Origin: Nitrososphaera viennensis EN76
Lineage (GTDB): Archaea > Thermoproteota > Nitrososphaeria > Nitrososphaerales > Nitrososphaeraceae
Length of the DNA stretch: 32,000 bases
Direction of reading: 5' to 3'
Assembly (NCBI RefSeq): GCF_000698785.1
Contig: NZ_CP007536.1
Span: forward strand, 188,107-220,106
Under the pieces are notes generated by a model that worked only from the letters and a program-made list of their open reading frames with translations, ran no database searches and was not told the DNA's origin. This document shows positions 15,365 to 23,246 of the stretch, piece by piece. A program made the position numbers and the translations under genes. Every line of letters starts with the position of its first letter. Position 1 is the first letter of the stretch.

Positions 15365-16306
15365 ATGGCGGCAGCAGGCACAAGAAAGGACAAGAAGAAC
15401 AAGCGCGCGCCCCCGACAAGGACGAGTGACTTTGGGGTGTCCCGGCGGGAAAGCCACGACTCGTCGCAGTTCTACTCGCGCCGACTATATTACTCCGGCG
15501 ACGGCGACGATGACAACGGCAGAGGCGCCGGCATGCCGGAAAGCAACAGCGTGCCTGCACAAGCGCTTGATAGGATATTCTGCAAAAGCAGCGAGAAGAT
15601 GGACGAGCTGCCTGACAGAAGCGTCCACCTTGCCGTCACGTCGCCCCCATACAACGTGGGAAAAGAGTACGACGGCGACCTGACGATGGAGCAGTACCGC
15701 CAGCTCTTGAAAAGCGTGTTTAGCGAGCTTTACCGCGTGCTTGCAGACGGCGGGAGGGCGTGCATCAACGTGGCAAACCTTGGCCGCAAGCCGTACATAC
15801 CACTCCACAGCTTTATCATCCAGGACATGCTTGCGTGCGGGTTTCTGATGCGCGGCGAGGTGATATGGGACAAAGGCTCCAGCGCCGGCGCCTCCACTGC
15901 GTGGGGCAGCTGGCAGTCCGCGTCAAACCCCACGCTTCGCGACGTGCACGAATACGTGCTGGTATTTTCCAAGGGATCGTTTTCAAGGAGGCCAACAGGC
16001 AAAAACACGATCTCCAAGGAAGAGTTCCTGCAGTACACGAAAAGCGTGTGGGAGTTCCAGGCCGAGTCCGCAAGGAAGGTGGGGCACCCTGCGCCCTTTC
16101 CCGTTGAATTGCCATACAGGTGCATCCAGCTGTACACGTTTGCCGGCGATGTTGTCCTTGACCCGTTCTGCGGCATCGGCTCATCCTGCATAGCCGCGCT
16201 GAAGGCAGGCCGGCACTTTGTAGGATATGATACAAGCAAAGAATACGTGAAGGCCGCGCAGGCAAGGCTACAAACATTCATGCAAAAAGGAAATATTGCA
16301 TTCTAG
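15365..16306 (+). CDS. beta-class DNA methyltransferase (N4-cytosine/N6-adenine family, SPPY type)
   Basis: Motif IV (VHLAVTSPPYNVGKEY) precedes motif I (VLDPFCGIGSSCIAALKAGRHFVGYD). This is the beta-class circular permutation. The protein also contains HPAPFPVELP and a basic, disordered N-terminus with FGVSRRESHDSSQFY. Confidence 0.9.
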   Translation: MAAAGTRKDKKNKRAPPTRTSDFGVSRRESHDSSQFYSRRLYYSGDGDDDNGRGAGMPESNSVPAQALDRIFCKSSEKMDELPDRSVHLAVTSPPYNVGKEYDGDLTMEQYRQLLKSVFSELYRVLADGGRACINVANLGRKPYIPLHSFIIQDMLACGFLMRGEVIWDKGSSAGASTAWGSWQSASNPTLRDVHEYVLVFSKGSFSRRPTGKNTISKEEFLQYTKSVWEFQAESARKVGHPAPFPVELPYRCIQLYTFAGDVVLDPFCGIGSSCIAALKAGRHFVGYDTSKEYVKAAQARLQTFMQKGNIAF

Positions 16307-16319
16307 GCATACCCATGCC

Positions 16320-16646
16320 GTGCCAGAACTGGTCTACCTGAAATACGAAGATCTTGACGACATGCTCAAGGTGATAATCTACTCGGCGCAGTCGATGCTG
16401 GGGGTGATCCCGATGCTCTACTACATCAACCACGGCGGCAAGCACGTGCTTTTTATACAGACGGGAACTGTCGGAAACGCCACCGTCCACTATTTCGTGC
16501 AAGGGAACAAGCCGCCCAAGAAATTCATCCAGCTCAAGAGGCTCTCCGGCGACTATGCCTACGTAGAGGGCATCGGCACCGACGCCCAGTCGCTCTATGT
16601 GCCTGTCCTGAAACTTGAAAAGTCGACGCTTGAATTCCCGCTCTGA
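16320..16646 (+). CDS. hypothetical alpha/beta protein
   Basis: The ORF frame opens at 16296 (TTG). A GTG at 16320 gives (M)PELVYLKYEDLDDMLKVIIYSAQSMLGVIPMLYYINHGGKHVLFIQTG... It lies 13 nt after the methyltransferase stop. The antisense ORF 16278..16793 has an Arg/Gly/Leu-biased composition. Confidence 0.5.
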   Translation: MPELVYLKYEDLDDMLKVIIYSAQSMLGVIPMLYYINHGGKHVLFIQTGTVGNATVHYFVQGNKPPKKFIQLKRLSGDYAYVEGIGTDAQSLYVPVLKLEKSTLEFPL

Positions 16647-16651
16647 CCCGA

Positions 16652-16984
16652 ATGAAGCGCAGAAGGAACAAGCCGGACAGAAAGGCCCGCCCAAGAAACG
16701 AGATAACCGAGCAAGAAGTAGAGACGTTCCTTTCTGCAATCCGAAATTTTGGCAACAACAGCGGCTACCCCAAGCTCCGCGACCTGCGGACACTCCTTCC
16801 GTCGATGGACCCGTACAAGATAAACGTGGTTCTGAAATACCTGGAGCGCTCCAAAGCGATAATCGTGGACAATGATGGTTACATCGTCTGGATAAGGGGT
16901 GACGCGCTGGACCAGCTCACCCTCGGCGACGTGGCAAACATCAGCGACGACCTGAAGGAATTTCTTGGGAAAAAGAAAAAATAG
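16652..16984 (+). CDS. basic N-tail + winged-helix-like small protein
   Basis: 110 aa with a basic N-tail (MKRRRNKPDRKARPRNE) followed by ...FLSAIRNFGNNSGYPKLRDLRTLLPSMDPYKINVVLKYLERSKAIIVDNDGYIVWI, an HTH plus beta-wing pattern. It starts 5 nt after the previous stop. Confidence 0.55.
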   Translation: MKRRRNKPDRKARPRNEITEQEVETFLSAIRNFGNNSGYPKLRDLRTLLPSMDPYKINVVLKYLERSKAIIVDNDGYIVWIRGDALDQLTLGDVANISDDLKEFLGKKKK

Positions 16985-17009
16985 AGAGAGGGGTTCTTGG
17001 AGAAATCGC

Positions 17010-17573
17010 TTACGGTATCGACCTGCTGTACAGTTTTCCTTCCAGCGCCAGCTTGTACATCTCTGCCACGTACGGGTTCTTGGCCGGAGTCTCCTGCTGC
17101 AGCTCCACCATCCTTGCGTACACCCTCACCACGTACGCCAAGGCGCCCATGAATGCCACTACGACACCCATGTTGAACATCCAGTGGTTCGGTACGGAAA
17201 AGATCTCCTCGACCATCCAGAAGTGCCACATCTCGTTGACCCCGACAGTGAACATCGTGGCAAGGTAGCCGATGATGGTTATCTTCAAGCCCGTGTTCAT
17301 CGAGTTGCCGGGGCCCCTGAGGACTGGAACCCTTCTGTCGTACATGGCCACCATGCCCCAGCCGACTGGCAGCGCGATAAAGTGGCTGTACAGCCACCAG
17401 TGGGCCGGCGTGAAGGCCGAGTCGCGTATGGACGTCTGGTGCAGCGAGCCGTCGACAAAGTTGTCTATCTCCACGGATAGTGCTATCTGGGCCAGTACTA
17501 TGACCATGATGTAGATCTTTTTCAGCCGTTGTACTTCGACTTCTTTTGGTATCAGCAAAGGTATCTGTGCCAT
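17010..17573 (-). CDS. amoC: ammonia monooxygenase subunit C (archaeal AmoC)
   Basis: 187 aa, MAQIPLLIPKEVEVQRLKKIY...VDNFVDGSLHQTSIRDSAFTPAHWWLYSHF...VPVLRGPGNSMNTGLK...GVNEMWHFWMVEEIFSVPNHWMFNMGVVVAFMGALAYVVRVYAR...NPYVAEMYKLALEGKLYSRSIP. Length and conserved blocks match archaeal AmoC as I recall it. Confidence 0.9.
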   Translation of the reverse strand: MAQIPLLIPKEVEVQRLKKIYIMVIVLAQIALSVEIDNFVDGSLHQTSIRDSAFTPAHWWLYSHFIALPVGWGMVAMYDRRVPVLRGPGNSMNTGLKITIIGYLATMFTVGVNEMWHFWMVEEIFSVPNHWMFNMGVVVAFMGALAYVVRVYARMVELQQETPAKNPYVAEMYKLALEGKLYSRSIP

Positions 17574-17601
17574 CGGCGCAGTGCTTTCGATGGCGGTTGC
17601 T

Positions 17602-17626
17602 AAAAGGGTACTTAAAATGGGTACTT
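17602..17626. promoter_or_regulatory. tandem repeat AAAAGGGTACTT / AAAATGGGTACTT in the amoC promoter region
   Basis: Two adjacent copies lie 29-53 nt upstream of the amoC ATG. On the coding strand they read AAGTACCCATTTT AAGTACCCTTTT, and they overlap the most TATA-like sequence (TTTTAAGTA). Confidence 0.3.
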
Positions 17627-17879
17627 TAGATCTAAAAACTCTATGAGCTGGTCTAAATATAACTTTGTTATATCATAACGGCATAAGTACTATAAACTCC
17701 TGCTATGGCAGTGCCAGCTCACACAAAATATGAGAACTATGCGACGCGGGCTTGTTACCATTGAGGTTGAGGGTGAGACTGATGCGCTACCGCTCGGATC
17801 GGTAAACGCGGCGTTTTTCGCGTGCAAAATTACTTTCTTAAGTTAGTTTTTATGTTGCCGTGAGGGATATGGATTTCCG

Positions 17880-18581
17880 ATGAAGAAGAAAGGCGGGGCA
17901 GCGGCAGCCATCACTTCGGATCAGATGTATAGCATAGAGGAAAATGGCCACAGCGGAATTGGCATGCGCCGGTTCTTGATGATGGAAAACGCCGGCCACG
18001 GCATCTCTGATTTTATCACAGGCAAGTTCAAGCAGCAGCTAAAGAACAAGAAAATAGTCGCCGTGTGCGGCACCGGCAACAATGGGGGCGATGGCCTTGT
18101 CGCGGTGCGCCACCTTGCCGGCTATGGGGCCAAGACGTCGGTGGTCCTGCTTGGAAGCCCATCTGACATCAAGAGCGAGGAAGCCAAGCTCAACTGGGGC
18201 ATAGTCGAAAAGATGGACTCTGTCGAAATCATCTTTGGAAAAGAGGTGAGCGACGCGGTGCGAAAAAAGATCCTCTCTGCAGACATTATCCTTGACGGCA
18301 TATTTGGCACCGGCATAAAGCGCGAGATCAAAGACCCGCATGCGTCAGCAATAGATGCGATAAACAAGTCAAAAAAGGCATACGTCCTTGCCATCGATGT
18401 TCCTTCCGGCCTTGACCCGAACACAGGCTCTGTCTATGACAAGGTCGTCAGGGCTGACGCCACTATAACGTTCCACCGCATGAAAAAGGGGCTTGTAACA
18501 AAAGGTGCAAGAAAATACACAGGGCCTGTGCGCGTCGAGTGGATAGGCATACCGCCCGAAGCGGAGCGTGGTGTCCTGTGA
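17880..18581 (+). CDS. nnrE: NAD(P)H-hydrate epimerase (YjeF N-terminal domain, NnrE)
   Basis: Contains LMMENAGHG, KIVAVCGTGNNGGDGLVAVRHLAGYG, ADIILDGIFGTGIKREI and VLAIDVPSGLDPNTG. Confidence 0.85.
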   Translation: MKKKGGAAAAITSDQMYSIEENGHSGIGMRRFLMMENAGHGISDFITGKFKQQLKNKKIVAVCGTGNNGGDGLVAVRHLAGYGAKTSVVLLGSPSDIKSEEAKLNWGIVEKMDSVEIIFGKEVSDAVRKKILSADIILDGIFGTGIKREIKDPHASAIDAINKSKKAYVLAIDVPSGLDPNTGSVYDKVVRADATITFHRMKKGLVTKGARKYTGPVRVEWIGIPPEAERGVL

Positions 18582-19204
18582 AGGTGCTGCAGATACCGGT
18601 AGGCCAGATGGCCAACTTTACGTACATCATTGCAGACGATGAAGAAACCGACGAGGCCGCAGTCATTGACCCGTCCTGGGACCTTGACAAGGTATTTGAC
18701 GCGCTGAAAAAGAACGGCTGGACTGCCAAGTACGTCATAAACACGCACTCGCACTTTGACCACGTGCTTGGCAACGAGCAGGTTGCCAAGGTGACGGGGG
18801 CAAAGATAGTGCAGCACAAGGCGTCTATGCTGGAGCGCGACATCGAGGTGGAAGACGGTGACACGATAAAGGTGGGCAGCAGCATATCCCTGCGGGTGGT
18901 GCACACGCCGGGCCACTCGAAGGACAGCATGTGCCTCGTGCTTGACGGCAAGCTCGTCTTTACCGGCGACACGCTCTTTGTAGGCAACTGCGGCCGGACA
19001 GACCTGCCAGGAAGCGACCCTGCCGAGATGTACGACAGCCTGTTTGGCAAGGTGGCCAAACTTGACGAAAGCCTCGTGATGTACCCCGGCCATGACTACG
19101 GGCAAAAGCCGACATCAACCATAGGCCACGAGAAAAAATTCAACTATGTCCTGTCGCCGCGCACAAAGCAAGAGTTCCTAGAGTTCATGGGCTCCGGTGA
19201 CTAG
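18578..19204 (+). CDS. MBL-fold metallo-hydrolase (glyoxalase II-like)
   Basis: A GTG start at 18578 gives (M)KVLQIPVGQMANFTYIIAD...AAVIDP, a typical family N-terminus. Other motifs are INTHSHFDHVLGN (HxHxDH), VHTPGHS, FTGDTLFVGNCGRTD and YPGHDY. The start overlaps the nnrE stop (GTGA). Confidence 0.85.
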   Translation: MKVLQIPVGQMANFTYIIADDEETDEAAVIDPSWDLDKVFDALKKNGWTAKYVINTHSHFDHVLGNEQVAKVTGAKIVQHKASMLERDIEVEDGDTIKVGSSISLRVVHTPGHSKDSMCLVLDGKLVFTGDTLFVGNCGRTDLPGSDPAEMYDSLFGKVAKLDESLVMYPGHDYGQKPTSTIGHEKKFNYVLSPRTKQEFLEFMGSGD

Positions 19205-20323
19205 ATGATAGGAGGGAAGGACATAATCGGGCCAAGACATTCGGCAAGCAAGTTTTTTTCTGCTGCAAAAAACCCGTTCTTTTGCTGCGTGATCTCGCAC
19301 ACCGCCACAAGCGAGATCCCCGGGCTGACAGTAGCCGGCGCAAACCCTGAGCTTGTGAAGTACACGTCGCCGGCAGACGCCGAGTTTCTGCACTATGGCT
19401 ACTGCAGGTGCATCCCCGGCGTCCCCGCTACTCCAGACGGCAAGCCAACCCCCGCGGTGATAACAAAGGCCGCGCTGGAGCTTGCCGGGATCCCGTTTCT
19501 TGTCGTCGACGCCGGGACAAAGGTCAGGCCGGACATCCCCTGCGTATCTTTTGGCGTCAAGCCCGGCGGCAACATTACACAGGAAAACGCGATGGACGTG
19601 TCAGACGCAAAAAGGGCGCTTGAGTACGGCCACGCGCTTGGCAGGCAGCTTGCGCGCTCGTCGGACCTTGTCGTGATAGGGGAGAGCATACCCGGAGGAA
19701 CCACGACTGCGCTTGCGGTCCTGAGCGCCCTCGGCATCGACGCGCTGTTCAAGGTCAGCAGCAGCATGCCGGAAAACCCCCACGGCCTGAAAAACAAGAC
19801 TGTCAAATCGGCACTAGAGCGTGCCCGCATTTCTGCCGCCGAAAAAGCGCCGGCGGCACTTGAAGCAATGTCACTGGTGGGCGACCCGATGATGCCCTCC
19901 GTCGCCGGCATTTCCGCCGGCGCGCTGGAGGCGGGAGCCAAGGTCATGCTTGCCGGCGGCACGCAAATGTCCGCGGTACTTGCCGTCATGAAGGGGCTTT
20001 CAATCCCGCTTACCGACGATGTATGCATCGGAACTACCATCTATGTCGCAAAAGACAGCTCTGCTGACCTTGCTGGCCTTGTAAAGCAGGTGTCGCCAAA
20101 AGTCCCGGTCCTTGCGTGCGACCTGCGCCTTGAAAAATCAAGCAAGCCGGGTCTGCAGGCGTTTGCAAGGGGGTTTGTAAAGGAAGGCGTGGGCGCAGGC
20201 GGCTCGTCAATAGCAGCCATGCTGAAAACAAAAGCGAATGGGAAAAAAATGCTTGCTGCCATCGAGCGCGTGTACGAGCGCTCGATAGAGCGCAAGATGG
20301 CTAGTACTACTACTGCTACTTGA
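19205..20323 (+). CDS. cobT: archaeal CobT-like protein (UPF0284; nicotinate-nucleotide-dimethylbenzimidazole phosphoribosyltransferase homologue)
   Basis: Contains FCCVISHTATSEIPGLTVAGANPEL, TPDGKPTPAVITKAAL, IGESIPGGTTTALAVLSALG and VGDPMMP. The ATG directly follows the MBL stop codon. Confidence 0.8.
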   Translation: MIGGKDIIGPRHSASKFFSAAKNPFFCCVISHTATSEIPGLTVAGANPELVKYTSPADAEFLHYGYCRCIPGVPATPDGKPTPAVITKAALELAGIPFLVVDAGTKVRPDIPCVSFGVKPGGNITQENAMDVSDAKRALEYGHALGRQLARSSDLVVIGESIPGGTTTALAVLSALGIDALFKVSSSMPENPHGLKNKTVKSALERARISAAEKAPAALEAMSLVGDPMMPSVAGISAGALEAGAKVMLAGGTQMSAVLAVMKGLSIPLTDDVCIGTTIYVAKDSSADLAGLVKQVSPKVPVLACDLRLEKSSKPGLQAFARGFVKEGVGAGGSSIAAMLKTKANGKKMLAAIERVYERSIERKMASTTTAT

Positions 20324-20717
20324 GCGAGATGTTGATGGTGTCCTTGGCGCCGGCAAACATCTGGCCCATGAGCTGCTCCTGCAATTTGTAAAAGTACGAC
20401 CTCAGGCCGCTTGCGTCGCCGCTGGCCTGCTTTTGCACGGCTGCTATCAGGTACTGCGCCATCCTGTCAGACACCGCGATGTAGAACCTCGTCTTTATCC
20501 TTGCGTCCTGCGATATGCGCAACTCGTTTCTGATGTGCAAGGGCGCGGAATCCTTGGCCTGCGCCTCTATCTGGCCGTAAATCCGGAACAGGATCTCTGG
20601 CTTTATTCCGAGTTTTTCGTCGTCCATTGTAATGTGGTATGTAGTAGTAGCTGCTGATGCCGATGTTGGTCCTTGTTGCATGACCTTGCTCAAAAAATGC
20701 GGTAAAAAACAGGTCAA
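20316..20717 (-). CDS. hypothetical protein, third gene of the UDG-MPG operon
   Basis: 133-aa ORF whose ATG lies 6 nt downstream of the MPG stop. Alternative starts are at M13 and M31. It is helical and charged (ILFRIYGQIEAQAKD...YFYKLQEQLMGQMF) with no recognised family. Confidence 0.5.
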   Translation of the reverse strand: MTCFLPHFLSKVMQQGPTSASAATTTYHITMDDEKLGIKPEILFRIYGQIEAQAKDSAPLHIRNELRISQDARIKTRFYIAVSDRMAQYLIAAVQKQASGDASGLRSYFYKLQEQLMGQMFAGAKDTINISLK

Positions 20718-20723
20718 GGAGCT

Positions 20724-21332
20724 CTATTTTACCTGCAAGCTAGCTGGCCTTGCCCTTTTTCTTGAGAGAAAAGCGCTTGACGGGTCGATAAAGCGCCACT
20801 GCACGTCTGTGGCCCTGCTTATCCCTATTCTTGCAGTGGATATTATCGTCTGCCTTGCGGGGCCGTCCTCGATCCTGATTTCCGAATCCGGACTGGTCAT
20901 GTCTGCGCCGTTCTGCCTGCGGGTTATGTTCATGGCCTGCGCCAGCCTGCCCGGGCCGGTTGTGAGCAAATAAAAGTTGTCAAGCCCGCGCAGACTCTTC
21001 ATCGCCTCGATGCCGTCCACCGGCTCGATGCTCCGGATTAGCACCGCGCCTGCCGGCGCGCCGTTTCTTGCAGAGACGTTTACGCAGTGGTGGTTGCCGT
21101 ACGTGAAATACACGTACGCAATCCCTGCCTCTCCATACATCACCCTGTTCCTCTCGGTCATGCCGCGGCAGGCGTGGCTTGCGGGGTCGTCTGCGTGGCC
21201 GTACGCCTCCGTCTCTACTATGACGCCTGACAGCCTGTGGCTGTTCAGGCTGCGCACCAGCACCTTGCCTATCAGGTCCCTTGCGACTTCTGCGGTGGGC
21301 CTCTGGTAGAACGACCTTGCAAGGGTCATCAT
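20724..21332 (-). CDS. mpg: DNA-3-methyladenine glycosylase (MPG/AAG family)
   Basis: Contains FYQRPTAEVARDLIGKVLV, GVIVETEAYGHADDPASHACRGMTERNRVMYGEAGIAYVYFTYGNHHCVNV, AVLIRSIEP and TTGPGRLAQAMNI. Confidence 0.9.
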   Translation of the reverse strand: MMTLARSFYQRPTAEVARDLIGKVLVRSLNSHRLSGVIVETEAYGHADDPASHACRGMTERNRVMYGEAGIAYVYFTYGNHHCVNVSARNGAPAGAVLIRSIEPVDGIEAMKSLRGLDNFYLLTTGPGRLAQAMNITRRQNGADMTSPDSEIRIEDGPARQTIISTARIGISRATDVQWRFIDPSSAFLSRKRARPASLQVK

Positions 21333-21335
21333 ACT

Positions 21336-21947
21336 CTACATGAAATCCTCCAGCGACTCGCCTCTCCCTTCCGCCCCGTCGATTTCCTTTGCCAGCTTTT
21401 TCAGGTCTGCTTCAAGGAGCGAAAGCATGCTCCTGTTGTATATCGCGGCGGCTGGGTGTATTGTCAGAAAGTACTTTTGGCCAGCTTTTTCGATTATCTT
21501 GCCCCTGTTTGCGGTTATAGACCCGCCGCCGAGGATGGACGAGTATGCGGTCCGGCCAAGTATGCAGATGATCCGGGGCCTGATGAGGGCGATCTGCCGC
21601 TCGAGGTAGGGCGTGCACGCCTGCACCTCGTCGTCTTCAGGCACGCGGTTGTTCGGCGGCCTGCACTTTACCACATTTGTGATAAAAACCTGCGAGCGCG
21701 AGATGCCTGCCTTGGCAAGCATCTCGTCAAGAATCTTTCCTGCGGCGCCCACAAACGGCCTGCCTTTCTCGTCCTCGCTCCTCCCTGGAGCCTCGCCCAC
21801 GAACATCACCTTTGCGGAAAGCTGGCCCTCGCCGGGCACCGCGTTCTTTCTCGTCCTTGCCAGCTTGCATTTCGGGCAGCCCGTGACCTCGCCTGCTACT
21901 TTTTCAAGCGAATCCACGACGGGCAGCCTTGATGACGACGATGACAT
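21336..21947 (-). CDS. udg: uracil-DNA glycosylase, family 4 (Fe-S type)
   Basis: Contains GCPKCKLARTRKNAVPGEG, VMFVGEAPGRSEDEKGRPFVGAAGKILD, VFITNVVKCRPPNNR and HPAAAIY, with a Cys pattern consistent with a 4Fe-4S cluster. The stop lies 3 nt before the MPG start. Confidence 0.9.
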   Translation of the reverse strand: MSSSSSRLPVVDSLEKVAGEVTGCPKCKLARTRKNAVPGEGQLSAKVMFVGEAPGRSEDEKGRPFVGAAGKILDEMLAKAGISRSQVFITNVVKCRPPNNRVPEDDEVQACTPYLERQIALIRPRIICILGRTAYSSILGGGSITANRGKIIEKAGQKYFLTIHPAAAIYNRSMLSLLEADLKKLAKEIDGAEGRGESLEDFM

Positions 21948-21988
21948 GTCTGTATGTGTATGTACATATCTGCAAGAGGCAGAAGCTT

Positions 21989-22249
21989 TTATGGGTTATC
22001 GCGCCTTTTCTTGTATCCCACGGCAAGCACTATGGCGCCGGCGACTGCTGCAAACAGCGAATAGACGTACGAGTTTGTGATGATAAAGCAGTTGCGCTCA
22101 AGTTCGTCAAGGGCGGCCGGCGGGTACGTCGAGCGGTCGACGCCTGCAAGCTGCGAAAGGCACGAATAGCCCTGGAAGTTGAGGAAAAGGGCAAGGCCTC
22201 CTCCTACCGCGACAAGGGCGATGCCTGTTATCAGGTACTTGGCCTGCAA
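21989..22249 (-). CDS. small two-TM membrane protein
   Basis: 86 aa with two helices (ITGIALVAVGGGLALFL and YSLFAAVAGAIVLAVGY) and a two-Cys loop between them. It lies 7 nt downstream of the SirB1-like gene. Confidence 0.5.
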   Translation of the reverse strand: MQAKYLITGIALVAVGGGLALFLNFQGYSCLSQLAGVDRSTYPPAALDELERNCFIITNSYVYSLFAAVAGAIVLAVGYKKRRDNP

Positions 22250-22256
22250 TTTGCTG

Positions 22257-23246
22257 CTACCCCTGCTTCTCTTCTTCTTCTCCTTTCTTTTTTCCGTACG
22301 TGCCTTCCCTAATCTGCCTGATGACGTCCAGCACGTCGTCTGCGTCCTCTGCCTCGGGGTCGACTTCGAGGTACGCGTTCAGAGCGTCAAGCGCTTCTTC
22401 CGTCCTGCCCTTCTTCAGGAGCACGACTCCCTTGTCGCGTATTGCGTCAGGGTTGTACTGGTCAATGGCAAGCACCATCTCGTTTGCGACCTCGTAGCGC
22501 TCCATGTCCTGCGCTTCGTAGTAGCTGCTCTTCAGGTTGTTGAGCATCCTGGTCATCACCTGTGCGCTCGTGGCCTTTTCCACGAACGCGTGCGTCATGG
22601 CGATGTTCTGGTGCGGGTACGAGCGCTCAAGGAGCGCCTTTAGCGCATAGTCGTCCATTATCCTGCCGCCGTTGAACGGGTCGACGATTATCTCGCCGTT
22701 GTCCCCCTCCATCACGTGCTTTGCCAGAAAATGCGCCGGAAAGTTCACGGGGAGCATGGGAAACCCTGCGCCCTGCGCAATGCGCATGTAAAGGATTGAA
22801 AGCGTTATCGGGATTCCCACCTTGCGCTCGAGCACTACGTTGAGGTAGCTGTTGAGCGGGTTGTAATAGTCGTCCGTGTTTGGCCTGAACTTCTGGTCGT
22901 TGAACAGGTACTCGTTTATCTGCCCGATTATCAGGGTCGGCCTGGTTATGCCCTTGCTTTTCAGCGTGTGCGCAATCTTTGCTCCCATCCCGTCGATGCT
23001 GGCCAGAGTCGCGTTCACGTCAAGGTCCGGGTACGCAAGTATCCTTGCAAGGTTGAGCGCGTGTTCGGCAAGTTTTGTAGGATCGTCTCCTGACACCACG
23101 TGCCTGACCACGCAGTCTTGCCAGTCCCGTACCGCAGAATCGATATTTAGGCCGGCCACTTGTTCACTACACACACCGCTCGCACACATATATTTATGTT
23201 CGAGGACGCGGGCCGTGCGTGGCCCTGATATAAAGAACTGTATCAT
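22257..23246 (-). CDS. SirB1/transglutaminase-like N-domain + TPR protein
   Basis: Contains LNSYLNVVLERKVGIPITLSILYMRIAQGAGFPMLPVNFPAHFLAKH...IVDPFNGG, followed by a TPR-like C-terminus (EAQDMERYEVANEMVLAIDQYNPDAIRDKGVVLLKKGRTEEALDALNAYLEV). The exact start is uncertain because several in-frame Met codons exist. Confidence 0.75.
   Translation of the reverse strand: MIQFFISGPRTARVLEHKYMCASGVCSEQVAGLNIDSAVRDWQDCVVRHVVSGDDPTKLAEHALNLARILAYPDLDVNATLASIDGMGAKIAHTLKSKGITRPTLIIGQINEYLFNDQKFRPNTDDYYNPLNSYLNVVLERKVGIPITLSILYMRIAQGAGFPMLPVNFPAHFLAKHVMEGDNGEIIVDPFNGGRIMDDYALKALLERSYPHQNIAMTHAFVEKATSAQVMTRMLNNLKSSYYEAQDMERYEVANEMVLAIDQYNPDAIRDKGVVLLKKGRTEEALDALNAYLEVDPEAEDADDVLDVIRQIREGTYGKKKGEEEEKQG

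Noticed and set aside
15224-15560. N-terminal extension of the FlgD-Ig ORF (to 15457) and ORF 15285..15560(-)
   Set aside because: Cys/Arg-rich nonsense-like sequence lies upstream of an obvious signal peptide. It overlaps the methyltransferase promoter and 5' coding region.
15730-16793. Antisense ORFs 15730..16281, 15816..16277 and 16278..16793
   Set aside because: They oppose the motif-bearing methyltransferase and the two plus-strand small genes. Their composition is antisense-like (Arg/Cys/Gly/Leu-rich).
15365-16984. Calling the methyltransferase locus a classical type II restriction-modification system
   Set aside because: No nuclease motif is visible in either downstream protein, and both are very small. 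The locus is kept only as a hypothesis in findings.
16879-17514. ORFs 16879..17397(-), 16965..17480(+), 17053..17268(+) and 17272..17514(+) overlapping amoC
   Set aside because: The AmoC frame is unambiguous, so these are alternative-frame artefacts.
18434-19105. 223-aa and 198-aa antisense ORFs over the MBL hydrolase gene
   Set aside because: The plus frame carries the HxHxDH metal motif and the whole MBL motif series. The antisense frames have no recognisable features.
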